Assembly (NCBI RefSeq): GCF_004376175.1
Contig: NZ_SNUY01000033.1
Coordinates: 12,214-44,213 of the forward strand
DNA from: Halalkalibacterium halodurans
Lineage (GTDB): Bacteria; Bacillota; Bacilli; Bacillales; Bacillaceae_D
Length of the DNA stretch: 32,000 bases
Reading direction: 5' to 3'
Made by a program: the position numbers and the translations under genes. The notes below the pieces were generated by a model. That model saw nothing but the letters and a program-made list of their open reading frames with translations. It made no database searches and was not told where the DNA came from. Shown here one piece after another: positions 16,778 to 25,832 of this stretch (position 1 is its first letter; each line of letters begins with the position of its first letter).

Positions 16778-19700
16778 TTATTTTTTCACGCCAAGTTGTT
16801 CGTAGTCGAAGCGATTCGCCTTCCTCTTTCGTAAATCGACGAGCTGCTGAACATGCTTTCGCACTCTTGCGATGACACCGGAGCGGTCCGTTAAAGAATG
16901 AAGAGGCTGCTGTTGGTCCCGTACAACAAAGAGCGAAGCCGACTTGACGGGAACATGACATAGCTGCTCGTAGGCCTCTGCATACAAAGCAAGCTGTGGT
17001 TCATAAAATCGAAGTAATTCTGCCCCGGAGCGACGAATTTGATTCGTTTTAAAATCAATGATATGGTACTCGTTTTCGTTCTTCACGATTTTATCTATTT
17101 CCCCTACAATTTCAGCTCCTTCAAAGGAAAAAGAGAACGCCCATTCATTCGCGACAGGTTCACCCAACCATTGTAGGGAATGTTGGTTCACTCCACGAAA
17201 CAACCTTTGAATATGTTCCTCGTAATGCTTTCGTTCATCTTGGGTCCAATCATGCGCTGCAAGGGTCATCTCTATACTGCCAGCAAGGGTTACTCCTTGA
17301 TCTACGAGTTCAAACACTTTATGAGCCAAGCTTCCTACCTTAGAAGGATCAATATTTGAATCTTCTTGTTTCGTTTTTGCTTCGTGTTGAACGCTCGTCT
17401 CTATTCCGAGAATGTAGCGCTCGTAATAGGCGACCGGGTCTTGGATAAATGTCATCATTTCAGTTACAGACAATGGTACAAGTTCCGGCTGACGGGGAAC
17501 GATTGGCGGAACCTTGTATGTCTGAATGTCTTTTTCCCAACGATCATGGGATGCAACGTCTTCTTCGATCTTTAAGTGAGACCTAAGTTCAGGCATTTCC
17601 TCTAACGCTTCTTCTACTTCGTATAGCCATGACGAGGTGGAAGGTTGTTCCTTACCTGTCATCCATAAGTAGTCACGTGCACGAGTAGCGGCCACATAGA
17701 ATAGCCGTTTATTCTCTGCCATTGTAGCAAGATCGGCTTGCTCTTTAACAAGCGCAAAGGCAGGCGTCTCTAGTTTCACCACTCCATCATCCTCTTCCCA
17801 TTCATGACGAAGGACAATGCCCATTTCTCGGTCGTAGCGAACCTGTCCTTTGTCCCGTTGCGGAACACGGTCAAGCTGTGGCAAACAGACGATCGGGAAT
17901 TCAAGACCTTTCGAAGCGTGAACGGTCATAATATGGACGACGTTTCCTGCCACTTGCTCAACTTCGGCTTCTCCTTCCTTTTCCACCTCTGCTTGAATCA
18001 AGTCAAAACGTTGGAGCAGTTCTTCCAACACGTTCGTCTTCCAACCGCTCATCACATCGATGAGCTTTTCTACATTCCTCACTTTTTGCATTCCGTTTTC
18101 CTGAACAAAAAGAGACATCTTTAATCCTGTTTGGTCGAACAACTCATACAGGTGATCGATTAATGAAGGGACTGGACGGAACGGAACCCACCGATCAAGC
18201 CATGTACGCAACCTTACGAAAGCGTCCGTAACGACGGGGCGTTCAGCAAAAAGACTGGCCATCTCCTTATCAACGACAATATCAAACCATGTTAGTTCAT
18301 CGGAAAAACGTTCCTTGACAAACATTAGATCATCGAGCGTTAGTCCGAACATTGGACTTCTAAGCAATGCAAAGAGATAGAGCTCTTCAAACGGGCGGTC
18401 AAGCCACCGTAGCAGTGTCACGAAGTCTAGAATTTCCTGTCGTTCGTAAAAGCCAACACCGCCATAGACGTGGTACGGAATACCTTTATCGCTTAGCGCC
18501 CGTTCTAAGGCTAACAATTCCGTCCGCACAGGAATCAAGATCGCCATATCTCCCCAATTCGGTGAACGCCACGATTCACCGTTCCATACCGTCGGCTCCC
18601 CTGTTCGCACCATCTCTAGCAAGCGATCGGCAATATGGTGATAGGGTACCTGATCATTATCCTTTTCTTTCTCCGTTGTTTTTGTTATGTGCAAGCTCAC
18701 CCGGATGTCATCCTCTTTTTCTGGTTCTCTCGCAGGAATGAGAGAGGCGTAAGGGACTGAATGAACGCTTACGTCTTTCATTGCATGAGCAAACAGTCCG
18801 TTTACTACATGAATGACAGGGGCGGTTGTTCGGTAGTTCGTATTCATCTCAATAAATTGCGCCTCTTTCTCATCCCGTGCCTGTTCACTCATTTCATTCA
18901 TCAGCGTTACATCGGCTCCGCGAAAACGGTAGATCGATTGTTTTCCATCACCGACAAGAAACTGATAGGAAGGGTTGATCTTTGTGAGCACATCCATTTG
19001 CATTTGATTCGTATCTTGGAATTCATCGACCATCATATGTTTGAACTGGTCATGGCAGCTTTTCTGCACGTCCTCCTGATCCAACAAACAAACAGCATTC
19101 CTCTGCAAATCAGAAAAGTCGAAAGCACTTAAAAGTTGTTTCCGTTCTTTGTAGCGAGCCGCAAAATATTGCAACAAGTCGATAAAGGCTGTAAGAACCT
19201 CCTTTGTTATTGGTTGTACCTCTACCGAAAAAGAGGTCCATTGTTTTTTTAACCCTTTCCACTCATCATAGAGTTGTTGAAAGGCTGGTGCTTTCTCCCC
19301 CCAGCTTTTATGCCCTCGTGCTGGCATGGCTGCTGTCAGCGTTTGTACATATAAATCTGGCGCTTCAGGATTAAGCTGATGAAAACAGCTGAGTAGATTG
19401 TGAATGTGATCTTTGAGCGCTTTCGTCAAGCTTGGATCATTTCCATCGATCCGATCCACTAAACGAGACGCTTTTTCATGAAACACCGCGATCTGCTGTT
19501 CTTTTTCGAGAAGGAGTGCATGGGTTTGCACATTGAGCATCGCATCACCATCCAAGCGTTTAAATACGTCGTCATCGGCATGAATGTCTCGAATGTGTTC
19601 GTATACTTGGAGTAGAGAAGACTCAAGGGAACGCTTCGTATAGCATTCAAGGAGCTTTGCGAACAAGGGACGTAAAAGTGCGTCTTGGAATAGATCGTCA

Positions 19701-20167
19701 AGTATCTCTCGTTTCATGATCGCTGCTTCCACTTCATCTAATACGATAAATGTTGGCGGAATGCCCGCTTCTTGCGCATACTCTAATAAGAGCCTTTGAC
19801 AAAAGCTATGAAACGTACTAATTCGTGCCCGTTCCAACCCTTCTTTTTGCTTTTGCCAAAAAATCATCTGCCCCGCATCACCGTGGGCCTTCGCTTCTTC
19901 TACTTTTTCGAGCAACCGTTGCCGGATTCTTTCTTTCATTTCACGTGCTGCCTTCTCCGTGAATGTGATCGCCACCAGCTCGTCCACCTCAGCACCAAAT
20001 GAAGCCTCTAGATCATTTTGTGTTTCCTGCCATTTTTGTTCACAAATGTGGACAAAGCGCTCTGTCAGAACGCGAGTCTTCCCTGAGCCGGCTCCAGCCG
20101 ACAGAACGACGAGCGGAGCCCGGCTAAAAATCGCTTGTTCTTGCTCCTGGTTAAATGTTATTGCCAT
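16778..20167 (-). CDS. addA: AddA-type helicase-nuclease (UvrD/Rep SF1 helicase plus C-terminal RecB-family nuclease)
   Basis: 1129 aa. Helicase motifs are GAGSGKT, DEFQD, VHASKGLEFP and VAATRARD. The C-terminal nuclease reads GEIDKIV...IIDFKTNQ...QLALYAEAY. Its ATG overlaps the addB stop by 10 nt. Confidence 0.85.
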   Translation of the reverse strand: MAITFNQEQEQAIFSRAPLVVLSAGAGSGKTRVLTERFVHICEQKWQETQNDLEASFGAEVDELVAITFTEKAAREMKERIRQRLLEKVEEAKAHGDAGQMIFWQKQKEGLERARISTFHSFCQRLLLEYAQEAGIPPTFIVLDEVEAAIMKREILDDLFQDALLRPLFAKLLECYTKRSLESSLLQVYEHIRDIHADDDVFKRLDGDAMLNVQTHALLLEKEQQIAVFHEKASRLVDRIDGNDPSLTKALKDHIHNLLSCFHQLNPEAPDLYVQTLTAAMPARGHKSWGEKAPAFQQLYDEWKGLKKQWTSFSVEVQPITKEVLTAFIDLLQYFAARYKERKQLLSAFDFSDLQRNAVCLLDQEDVQKSCHDQFKHMMVDEFQDTNQMQMDVLTKINPSYQFLVGDGKQSIYRFRGADVTLMNEMSEQARDEKEAQFIEMNTNYRTTAPVIHVVNGLFAHAMKDVSVHSVPYASLIPAREPEKEDDIRVSLHITKTTEKEKDNDQVPYHHIADRLLEMVRTGEPTVWNGESWRSPNWGDMAILIPVRTELLALERALSDKGIPYHVYGGVGFYERQEILDFVTLLRWLDRPFEELYLFALLRSPMFGLTLDDLMFVKERFSDELTWFDIVVDKEMASLFAERPVVTDAFVRLRTWLDRWVPFRPVPSLIDHLYELFDQTGLKMSLFVQENGMQKVRNVEKLIDVMSGWKTNVLEELLQRFDLIQAEVEKEGEAEVEQVAGNVVHIMTVHASKGLEFPIVCLPQLDRVPQRDKGQVRYDREMGIVLRHEWEEDDGVVKLETPAFALVKEQADLATMAENKRLFYVAATRARDYLWMTGKEQPSTSSWLYEVEEALEEMPELRSHLKIEEDVASHDRWEKDIQTYKVPPIVPRQPELVPLSVTEMMTFIQDPVAYYERYILGIETSVQHEAKTKQEDSNIDPSKVGSLAHKVFELVDQGVTLAGSIEMTLAAHDWTQDERKHYEEHIQRLFRGVNQHSLQWLGEPVANEWAFSFSFEGAEIVGEIDKIVKNENEYHIIDFKTNQIRRSGAELLRFYEPQLALYAEAYEQLCHVPVKSASLFVVRDQQQPLHSLTDRSGVIARVRKHVQQLVDLRKRKANRFDYEQLGVKK

Positions 20168-23025
20168 GAAGTTTCTCCCTCCTCTCGCTGTTCAGGGGTT
20201 ACGCGACAGACTGCATGATAGGGGCAGCTTTTACTGCAATCTAGCGGCATCACAGAAAAGTCTTCATGCATCCCTTGCCAGAGCTGTTCGATTCTCTCAT
20301 CCAAGTTGAACGCATGAAGAAAGTCAATCGTTCCAAGCTGCTCGTGGCGATTTTTGCAAAAAGCCGATACGCGAAAACGCGAACCTTTTCCCACATGTTC
20401 TGGCTTCCAAAGCCCATTGTTTGCTCGTTTTTCTGGTTCCTTAAGCGAGATGTAGGACGCCCCATACGCTTTTTTCTCCTTCAGTTGCTGTCCAGCAGCA
20501 ATCATGTACAAAGGGAGCTGTAGCTTTAATCCAGACGGGACATCTTCCTCCATCTTCAAATGGGCTTGTCCTGTTTTATAGTCGTAAATCGTAAACCCTT
20601 CATGATCCACATCGATTCGGTCGACTTTTCCTGTAAGCGTAATGGTCGTCCCGCTTGGTAACCGAATCGGCAATGACACTGATCGTTCCAAGGAATAGAT
20701 GGCCATCTCCTTGACCGGTTCATGATCCCAAAAGTGTTTTCGCTCCGCTTTCCACCACTTTCTTAACCGTTTCAGCCATTCACGTTTTATGAGCTCAAGC
20801 TCTAGTCGAGATAAGCTGAGATACCGCTGCTCTATTTCTTCCCAAAGAGCTAAAAATACCAATTCTACTTTTTGGCCGATCCGCCCTTTATCTGTCTCAG
20901 ATAAGCGATGAAATGGTTGTCCGATCAAGTCTTCTTCCTCATAAATGCGCTCGATGACTTGATGAATCAAATAGCCAAGATCGAGCGGTGAAACGCGTAC
21001 TTCTTTTTTCATTGGTTCCTTAACATTGAAGATTCGCTCCATTCCGAAACGAAATGGACATCTAGCATATTGTTCAAGGGCGGTCACGGATAGGGTATAC
21101 TGGGCGGAGAGCGGCTCTGATAAAGTTTCCTCCCCTGTTTTCAACCGCTCGACGTGTTGATGGATACGCTCTATTTCAGGAGATAATCCATTGATGACGT
21201 AGCCTTTCCCTAAAAAATGCGCAGCTTTTTCTTGTTGTTCTCCTACCGTCAATGCAAAAGGGGCCTCCATTCGTTTTTCAAACGTCCATTCATACGTCTC
21301 TGTCGCCACATACCGATCCAAAAAGGGCGAAGGTAAGAACGGTTCGTTCGGATTCATCCCCTTAATATAGGAGAAGACAATTTCTGGAGCGATATAAAAG
21401 AGCTGGTCAAAATACGCCTCTTGCTTCATTTTAAACACGTGTTGTGTTGGAGCGCCGTACGGAATTGGCAAAGAATATAAATCTCGCTCCTGCACATAAC
21501 CTTGGAGTGAATGGGGAGCTGGAAACGTACCTTCATTCATACTTGTCACATACAGTTTATCCCCTTGAAACAGCGGCACGTCTCGCCACGTATGGATGGA
21601 AACACCGCGCTCTCGTCCTTTCTCAATCGTGAACTTTTTCCGCTCGAGCTGATAGTGAAGCCATTCCCTAAACAGGTCAAGGCGAATCGTAAATGCCATG
21701 AGACCTTTTTCTTCTAATTCTTGTCGCTTCTCTTGCACCAATGACTTTAAATAGGTCATGACGTGTAATTCAAATGCGATTTCCTGCGCTCGCCACGTCT
21801 CATGGCTCTCTCGCATGCGTTGCTCATAAAGGGAAGACAGTTCACTATCGTCCAGTAATCTTTCAAGCTGATGCAAATAAGCTAAAAACGTATCTCGCTT
21901 CCGCCAAACATTCCCGCGTACTAGCTCAATCAACCGTCCAATCCCCTCATCCGCTACATCCCCCGTTGCCAAAAACGACTTTTTAGCCAATGCAAAGCTC
22001 GCACCGCTCGTAAACGTGAGCTTCATGATTAGTTCTAGCAGTGGCAGCTGCTCCCAGCTTGTAGCTGCGCGGCTCGGCATGCGGAGAACGTAATCAAGCC
22101 AATGGAGAATAGCTGAATCTCTAGCCGAACGTCGCTTGGAACGTTGCAATGGCACACCTAAAAATTTCGCCACTCGAAAAAGGACTGCTTCATCCGCCTT
22201 TTCATCTGCTAGTACAATTCCAAACGCATCATACGGCTTTTCGCTCAGTATAATGTCTTGCATCAATCCATAATATTGTTCTTCTGTCGTCGAGGCCGCC
22301 TTTACGGAAATACTTTCTGTCATAAGGTCGTTCCGATGATGGACCGTTTTCTGTTCAAACCCTAACGAAAGTAGATCGTTTAACGTTTGTTTGGCAATCG
22401 CAAACGTAGCTTGCGGGAGGTAAACATGAAAGGGAACATCCGCTTTTTTCAAGGCCGTGATCAATCGATATTGCAACGGACTGAAATCATAAAAGCCGTC
22501 CACGACAACAGCTCCTGTCATGAGCGATGGACGTTTACTCAAGCGATTCGCTGCTACCAGTATTTTTTGTTCGGGGTCAAGTAGCCGATTTTCGTTAACG
22601 GTTGCTTGTTCATATCGTTTAAATAGAGGCTTTAACGACTCAAGTCCAGCGGTATATTCCTCTACCTCTAAGCCTAACCGTTTGATTTGACCATATGTAT
22701 CAGCATAGGCTTTCGCCTGATGTCGATCATGTGTACCACCTAGTGCGTCTTCCTCTAAAAATTGCTGAAAAAACAAATGCCGGTCTTCTTCCCCAATCGC
22801 AACATAGGATTCTTTTGTCTCGTCTAAAATGAGCTCCGCAAGATCATCAAACGTGATGTAACGAATGCCTGGCTGCCGTTTTCTTCCGAGAGATAACCAT
22901 TTTGCCGATGGAAGAATGTAATAGAGAGGCGTCCCCGTCATTTGCTGCCACTGAAACCAGTGCGTAAGACGTTTTCTGTTGGCAATCTCCTTCACTGTTG
23001 ATTCATAGACTACTTGTTCAGCCAC
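20158..23025 (-). CDS. addB: AddB-type PD-(D/E)XK nuclease subunit with Fe-S cysteines and a degenerate P-loop
   Basis: About 955 aa. It has VVDGFYDFSPLQ, the nuclease GKVDRIDV...IYDYKTGQ...LQLPLY, and cysteines YARCPF plus DCSKSCPYHAVC. The GTG at 23025 has GGAGG at 6-nt spacing. The ATG at 23031 abuts the SD directly. Confidence 0.8.
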   Translation of the reverse strand: MAEQVVYESTVKEIANRKRLTHWFQWQQMTGTPLYYILPSAKWLSLGRKRQPGIRYITFDDLAELILDETKESYVAIGEEDRHLFFQQFLEEDALGGTHDRHQAKAYADTYGQIKRLGLEVEEYTAGLESLKPLFKRYEQATVNENRLLDPEQKILVAANRLSKRPSLMTGAVVVDGFYDFSPLQYRLITALKKADVPFHVYLPQATFAIAKQTLNDLLSLGFEQKTVHHRNDLMTESISVKAASTTEEQYYGLMQDIILSEKPYDAFGIVLADEKADEAVLFRVAKFLGVPLQRSKRRSARDSAILHWLDYVLRMPSRAATSWEQLPLLELIMKLTFTSGASFALAKKSFLATGDVADEGIGRLIELVRGNVWRKRDTFLAYLHQLERLLDDSELSSLYEQRMRESHETWRAQEIAFELHVMTYLKSLVQEKRQELEEKGLMAFTIRLDLFREWLHYQLERKKFTIEKGRERGVSIHTWRDVPLFQGDKLYVTSMNEGTFPAPHSLQGYVQERDLYSLPIPYGAPTQHVFKMKQEAYFDQLFYIAPEIVFSYIKGMNPNEPFLPSPFLDRYVATETYEWTFEKRMEAPFALTVGEQQEKAAHFLGKGYVINGLSPEIERIHQHVERLKTGEETLSEPLSAQYTLSVTALEQYARCPFRFGMERIFNVKEPMKKEVRVSPLDLGYLIHQVIERIYEEEDLIGQPFHRLSETDKGRIGQKVELVFLALWEEIEQRYLSLSRLELELIKREWLKRLRKWWKAERKHFWDHEPVKEMAIYSLERSVSLPIRLPSGTTITLTGKVDRIDVDHEGFTIYDYKTGQAHLKMEEDVPSGLKLQLPLYMIAAGQQLKEKKAYGASYISLKEPEKRANNGLWKPEHVGKGSRFRVSAFCKNRHEQLGTIDFLHAFNLDERIEQLWQGMHEDFSVMPLDCSKSCPYHAVCRVTPEQREEGETSWQ

Positions 23026-23485
23026 CGTCATCCTCCTTCCTGCTTGGACGAATCATTTCTACGTGTGGAATGCCATCTTCCACGTATTCTTCTGAGCACG
23101 CATGAAAACCGTGCACTTGATAAAAAGCTTGTAAATGAGCTTGGGCCTGTATTTGAATCGAAGGTGCACGTTCGAATGTATGTAAAAAACCGATGGCTTG
23201 CTCCATTAATGTATGCCCAAGTCCTTTACCACGTCCACTTGGAGCGATAATGACTCGTCCGATGGAGGCATGCTCATCGTATTTGACACCTGTTTGAAAA
23301 AGGCGAGCGTAGGCCAGTATCGTTCCATGATCAATCCCAAACAAATGACTCGCTTGTTGATCGTACCCGTCAAGTTCAGAGTAAGGACAAGCTTGTTCTA
23401 CAACGAACACGTCAACCCGTAACCGCAAAAGCTCATACAATTCATCTTTCGTTAACTCTTGAAACGTTTTGCAGTGCCACTTCAA
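23018..23485 (-). CDS. GNAT family N-acetyltransferase (ElaA-like)
   Basis: 155 aa. It has ELYELLRLRVDVFVVEQACPY, typical of ElaA-type GNATs, and an acetyl-CoA site RGKGLG. TTG start with GGGAGGAAG upstream. Its 3' end overlaps the addB start. Confidence 0.8.
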   Translation of the reverse strand: MKWHCKTFQELTKDELYELLRLRVDVFVVEQACPYSELDGYDQQASHLFGIDHGTILAYARLFQTGVKYDEHASIGRVIIAPSGRGKGLGHTLMEQAIGFLHTFERAPSIQIQAQAHLQAFYQVHGFHACSEEYVEDGIPHVEMIRPSRKEDDGG

Positions 23486-23591
23486 CGGACTTCCTCCCTT
23501 GCTATTTGTACTCCTAGTGTATCACATTCAAACATACGTTTGGTTATTTAGAAAAACTTGGCTTGTTGCCCCGATCATTAGGCAAACATGC

Positions 23592-23625
23592 AAAAAGAGA
23601 GCAGCGTTTAGGAAGCGCCACTCTC
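23592..23625 (-). terminator. Rho-independent terminator after yisL
   Basis: Minus-strand stem GAGAGTGGCG / CGCTGCTCTC (10 bp including 2 G-U pairs), followed by TTTTTGC. Confidence 0.7.
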
Positions 23626-23631
23626 CATGTC

Positions 23632-24006
23632 TTAAAACGAAATCACATTATAGCCGATCAATGCGACGAGCACAAGACAGGTGATGAATACAATCCAATA
23701 GATACGAGCCTGCTGGCCGATCGTTCCTTTGGACGTACGTGTCAACAACATCTCCATCGCATAGATAAGCACGATTGCAAGAACACCTTTTACGATAAAC
23801 AAGAAAGCAAACTGCCAGTAGACGAGCATGCCAGCCCCTGTGATTAGCATGATCACAAAGAATAACCGGACGATCATATGAAGGATTTTTCCAGCCTTCC
23901 CTTTCCCTGCTTTGATCAAAAAATAGCTAACGAGAAAGAGAATAATTAAAATGGCCCATGATCCGCGGTGAGATTCATAGAAAATGTTATAAAGTTCTGG
24001 TGACAA
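23632..24006 (-). CDS. yisL: YisL family (UPF0344/DUF1516) membrane protein
   Basis: 124 aa with 4 TM segments. The segment GKAGKILHMIVRLFFVIMLITGA aligns by eye with B. subtilis YisL (AKGAKITHMILRLFYILIILTGA). TTG start with GGAGG 8 nt upstream. Confidence 0.8.
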   Translation of the reverse strand: MSPELYNIFYESHRGSWAILIILFLVSYFLIKAGKGKAGKILHMIVRLFFVIMLITGAGMLVYWQFAFLFIVKGVLAIVLIYAMEMLLTRTSKGTIGQQARIYWIVFITCLVLVALIGYNVISF

Positions 24007-24139
24007 TTGTTACGCCTCCTTTCCCAATCTAAATCTTCCCGTTTCTTGTCCATTATAAAGGATTGAAAACGGATTTACCAAAATCATCTCCTCCCGTCAC
24101 AAAACTGTTAGATTAAAAAATCTACTTTTTATGAACCCG

Positions 24140-25042
24140 CTACAAAAGTTTTTCTCCGAACAATGAGCCCATCAGTTCAACAGCAACCTCCGCCGTCTTA
24201 TTTCGCTCATCGAGAATCGGGTTTACTTCCACAAATTCTGCTGAGGTCACAATCTCGGCTTCGGCTAACATCTCCATCGCCAAATGGCTTTCCCGGTAGG
24301 AAATTCCACCGAGCACCGGCGTGCCGACACCAGGGGCATCATTCGGATCAAGTCCATCTAAATCAAGGCTCAAATGGACACCATCCGTCCCGTTTGACAC
24401 GTGGGCAATCGCTTCCTCCATCACCCTCGTCATCCCTAGTCGGTCCACTTCATGCATCGTAAAAATTTTCATCCCATGTTCGCGAATATATGCCTTTTCC
24501 CCTTCATCCAATGAACGGGCACCGATAATGACAACGTTTTCTGGCTTTATTTTCGGTGCAAAGCCGCCGATTGATGTAAGTTTTTCATGCCCGATGCCTA
24601 AGCTTACGGCCAGTGGCATACCATGAATGTTCCCAGATGGGGAGGTTTCTGCCGTATTCAAGTCCCCGTGGGCATCATACCAGATGACCCCTAGTTGGTG
24701 TCGGCGCTTTGCCACCCCGGCTAACGTACCAATGGCGATGCTATGGTCCCCCCCTAGAACGAGCGGGAAGTATCCTTTCGCCACAGCTTTCTCCACATGG
24801 AGGCAGAGCTGCTCGTTCGCCTTGATGACCTCGCCTAAATTTTTTAAATTTGTTTTTTCCTCGCTTACTTCCCCGGGGCGATCAATCGGAATATCCCCCA
24901 TGTCATCCACATGATAGCCAATTGATTGAAGCCTCTCAATTAATCCAGCATAGCGTAACGCACTTGGCCCCATGTCAACCCCCCGACGATTTTGTCCTAA
25001 ATCCATCGGTGCTCCAATGACAGCAATTTTCTTTCGATCCAT
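24140..25042 (-). CDS. rocF: Arginase
   Basis: 300 aa, near-collinear with remembered B. subtilis RocF. Mn-binding motifs GGDHS, DAHGD and SLDLDGLDP. SD GAGGTG 7 nt upstream. Confidence 0.95.
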   Translation of the reverse strand: MDRKKIAVIGAPMDLGQNRRGVDMGPSALRYAGLIERLQSIGYHVDDMGDIPIDRPGEVSEEKTNLKNLGEVIKANEQLCLHVEKAVAKGYFPLVLGGDHSIAIGTLAGVAKRRHQLGVIWYDAHGDLNTAETSPSGNIHGMPLAVSLGIGHEKLTSIGGFAPKIKPENVVIIGARSLDEGEKAYIREHGMKIFTMHEVDRLGMTRVMEEAIAHVSNGTDGVHLSLDLDGLDPNDAPGVGTPVLGGISYRESHLAMEMLAEAEIVTSAEFVEVNPILDERNKTAEVAVELMGSLFGEKLL

Positions 25043-25202
25043 GTCTCTTCACCTCAGCTGTAAAGTCAAAGTTCCCTTATTTACTAGCAAAACATTTGTT
25101 CATCGCCTACTCTAGCTCTTTCTCTGTAATCACGAGAGTGGGGGTTGGTGACCTTGCTTGACTGCTGAATAGGCACTCAACATATTCATGTAACGATTTC
25201 CT

Positions 25203-25277
25203 TTAGGGCTCCCTCCTCAAACCCCTTCTACTTGCCCCATATTTTTCTGTTTGTTTTTTAATGGCTGCACTGTTCAA
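25203..25277 (-). CDS. Candidate 24-codon leader/small ORF (MNSAAIKKQTEKYGASRRGLRREP) upstream of rocF
   Basis: TTG start 9 nt after AAAGGAGG (plus 25287-25294), TAA stop at 25203-25205. Four of 24 codons are AGA/AGG Arg. It is below the ORF-track length cutoff and has no homology support. Confidence 0.3.
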   Translation of the reverse strand: MNSAAIKKQTEKYGASRRGLRREP

Positions 25278-25306
25278 AACCGATCGCCTCCTTTAAGATT
25301 GACTGC

Positions 25307-25352
25307 CGAGAACGTTTACATAAAAATATACATTAATGAATAAAAATACTTT
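25307..25352. promoter_or_regulatory. Tandem ARG-box-like sites (AhrC/ArgR) plus an adjacent cre-like site in the rocF leader
   Basis: AATGAATAAAAATACTTT (25335-25352) contains a 12-nt exact match, ATGAATAAAAAT, to the remembered Bacillus ARG box CATGAATAAAAATTCAAG. A second weaker box, TTTACATAAAAATATACA (25315-25332), lies 2 bp away. Minus strand ATGTAAACGTTCTCG (25307-25321) matches cre at all but the last position. Confidence 0.45.
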
Positions 25353-25370
25353 TTCTTCCATCCTTAGATT

Positions 25371-25380
25371 AATTATAACA
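25371..25380 (-). promoter_or_regulatory. Extended -10 promoter (TGtTATAAT) for the rocF leader
   Basis: Minus strand TGTTATAAT at plus 25372-25380. The nearest TTGACC is only 12 nt away, so it is not a usable -35. Confidence 0.45.
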
Positions 25381-25410
25381 GATCGACGTGGTCAACAGTA
25401 TGATTTCTCT

Positions 25411-25448
25411 AAAAGGCAAAAAGGGAGATCACAATTGAGTGACCTCCC
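25411..25448 (-). terminator. Rho-independent terminator after the crcB pair
   Basis: Minus-strand stem GGGAGGTCAC / GTGATCTCCC (one G-U pair), loop TCAATT, then TTTTTGCCTTTT. It starts right after the crcB stop. Confidence 0.85.
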
Positions 25449-25832
25449 TCACCACGAACTCGTTCCATAAAAACCGAGAAGGAACGCGGCGATCGAACCG
25501 ACAATGCTTAACAACACATAGGAAAAAAGCTTCTTCCACTCACGCTCCCTTATGAGTAGCACCGCCTCCACACTAAACGTCGAATACGTAGTAAAGGCAC
25601 CAAAAAAGCCAATTCCACCGAAAAGATACCCTATATCATCATAAGATGCAGCAAACAGTTCATGATAATAAAGTCCGAAAAAAGCTCCTAACCCGAATGA
25701 GCCAAGCAGATTGACAACAAGCATAGCTATAGGAAAAGGCGGGTCTGGGAACCGCTTCATCATCCATTGACCGACAAGATAACGGGCAATAGCGCCGATG
25801 CCTCCACCAATCGCCACAATCAAGAGATTCAT
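25449..25832 (-). CDS. crcB: Fluoride channel CrcB/Fluc (subunit 2 of a pair)
   Basis: 127 aa, 4 TM segments. It has GGGIGAIARY and GAFTTYSTFS signatures. ATGA start/stop overlap with the upstream crcB. Confidence 0.9.
   Translation of the reverse strand: MNLLIVAIGGGIGAIARYLVGQWMMKRFPDPPFPIAMLVVNLLGSFGLGAFFGLYYHELFAASYDDIGYLFGGIGFFGAFTTYSTFSVEAVLLIREREWKKLFSYVLLSIVGSIAAFLLGFYGTSSW

Noticed and set aside
16621-16961. ORFs 16621-16875 (+) and 16668-16961 (-) at the addA 3' end.
   Set aside because: They overlap the well-supported addA C-terminal nuclease region or lie in the intergenic gap. They have no SD and are low-complexity.
16778-23031. The helicase-nuclease pair as a phage-defence system (Gabija-like or similar).
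   Set aside because: The domain order, Fe-S cysteines, dual RecB nuclease motifs, addB-then-addA order and yisL synteny all fit housekeeping AddAB. There is no OLD/TOPRIM ATPase, methylase or other defence-island neighbour.
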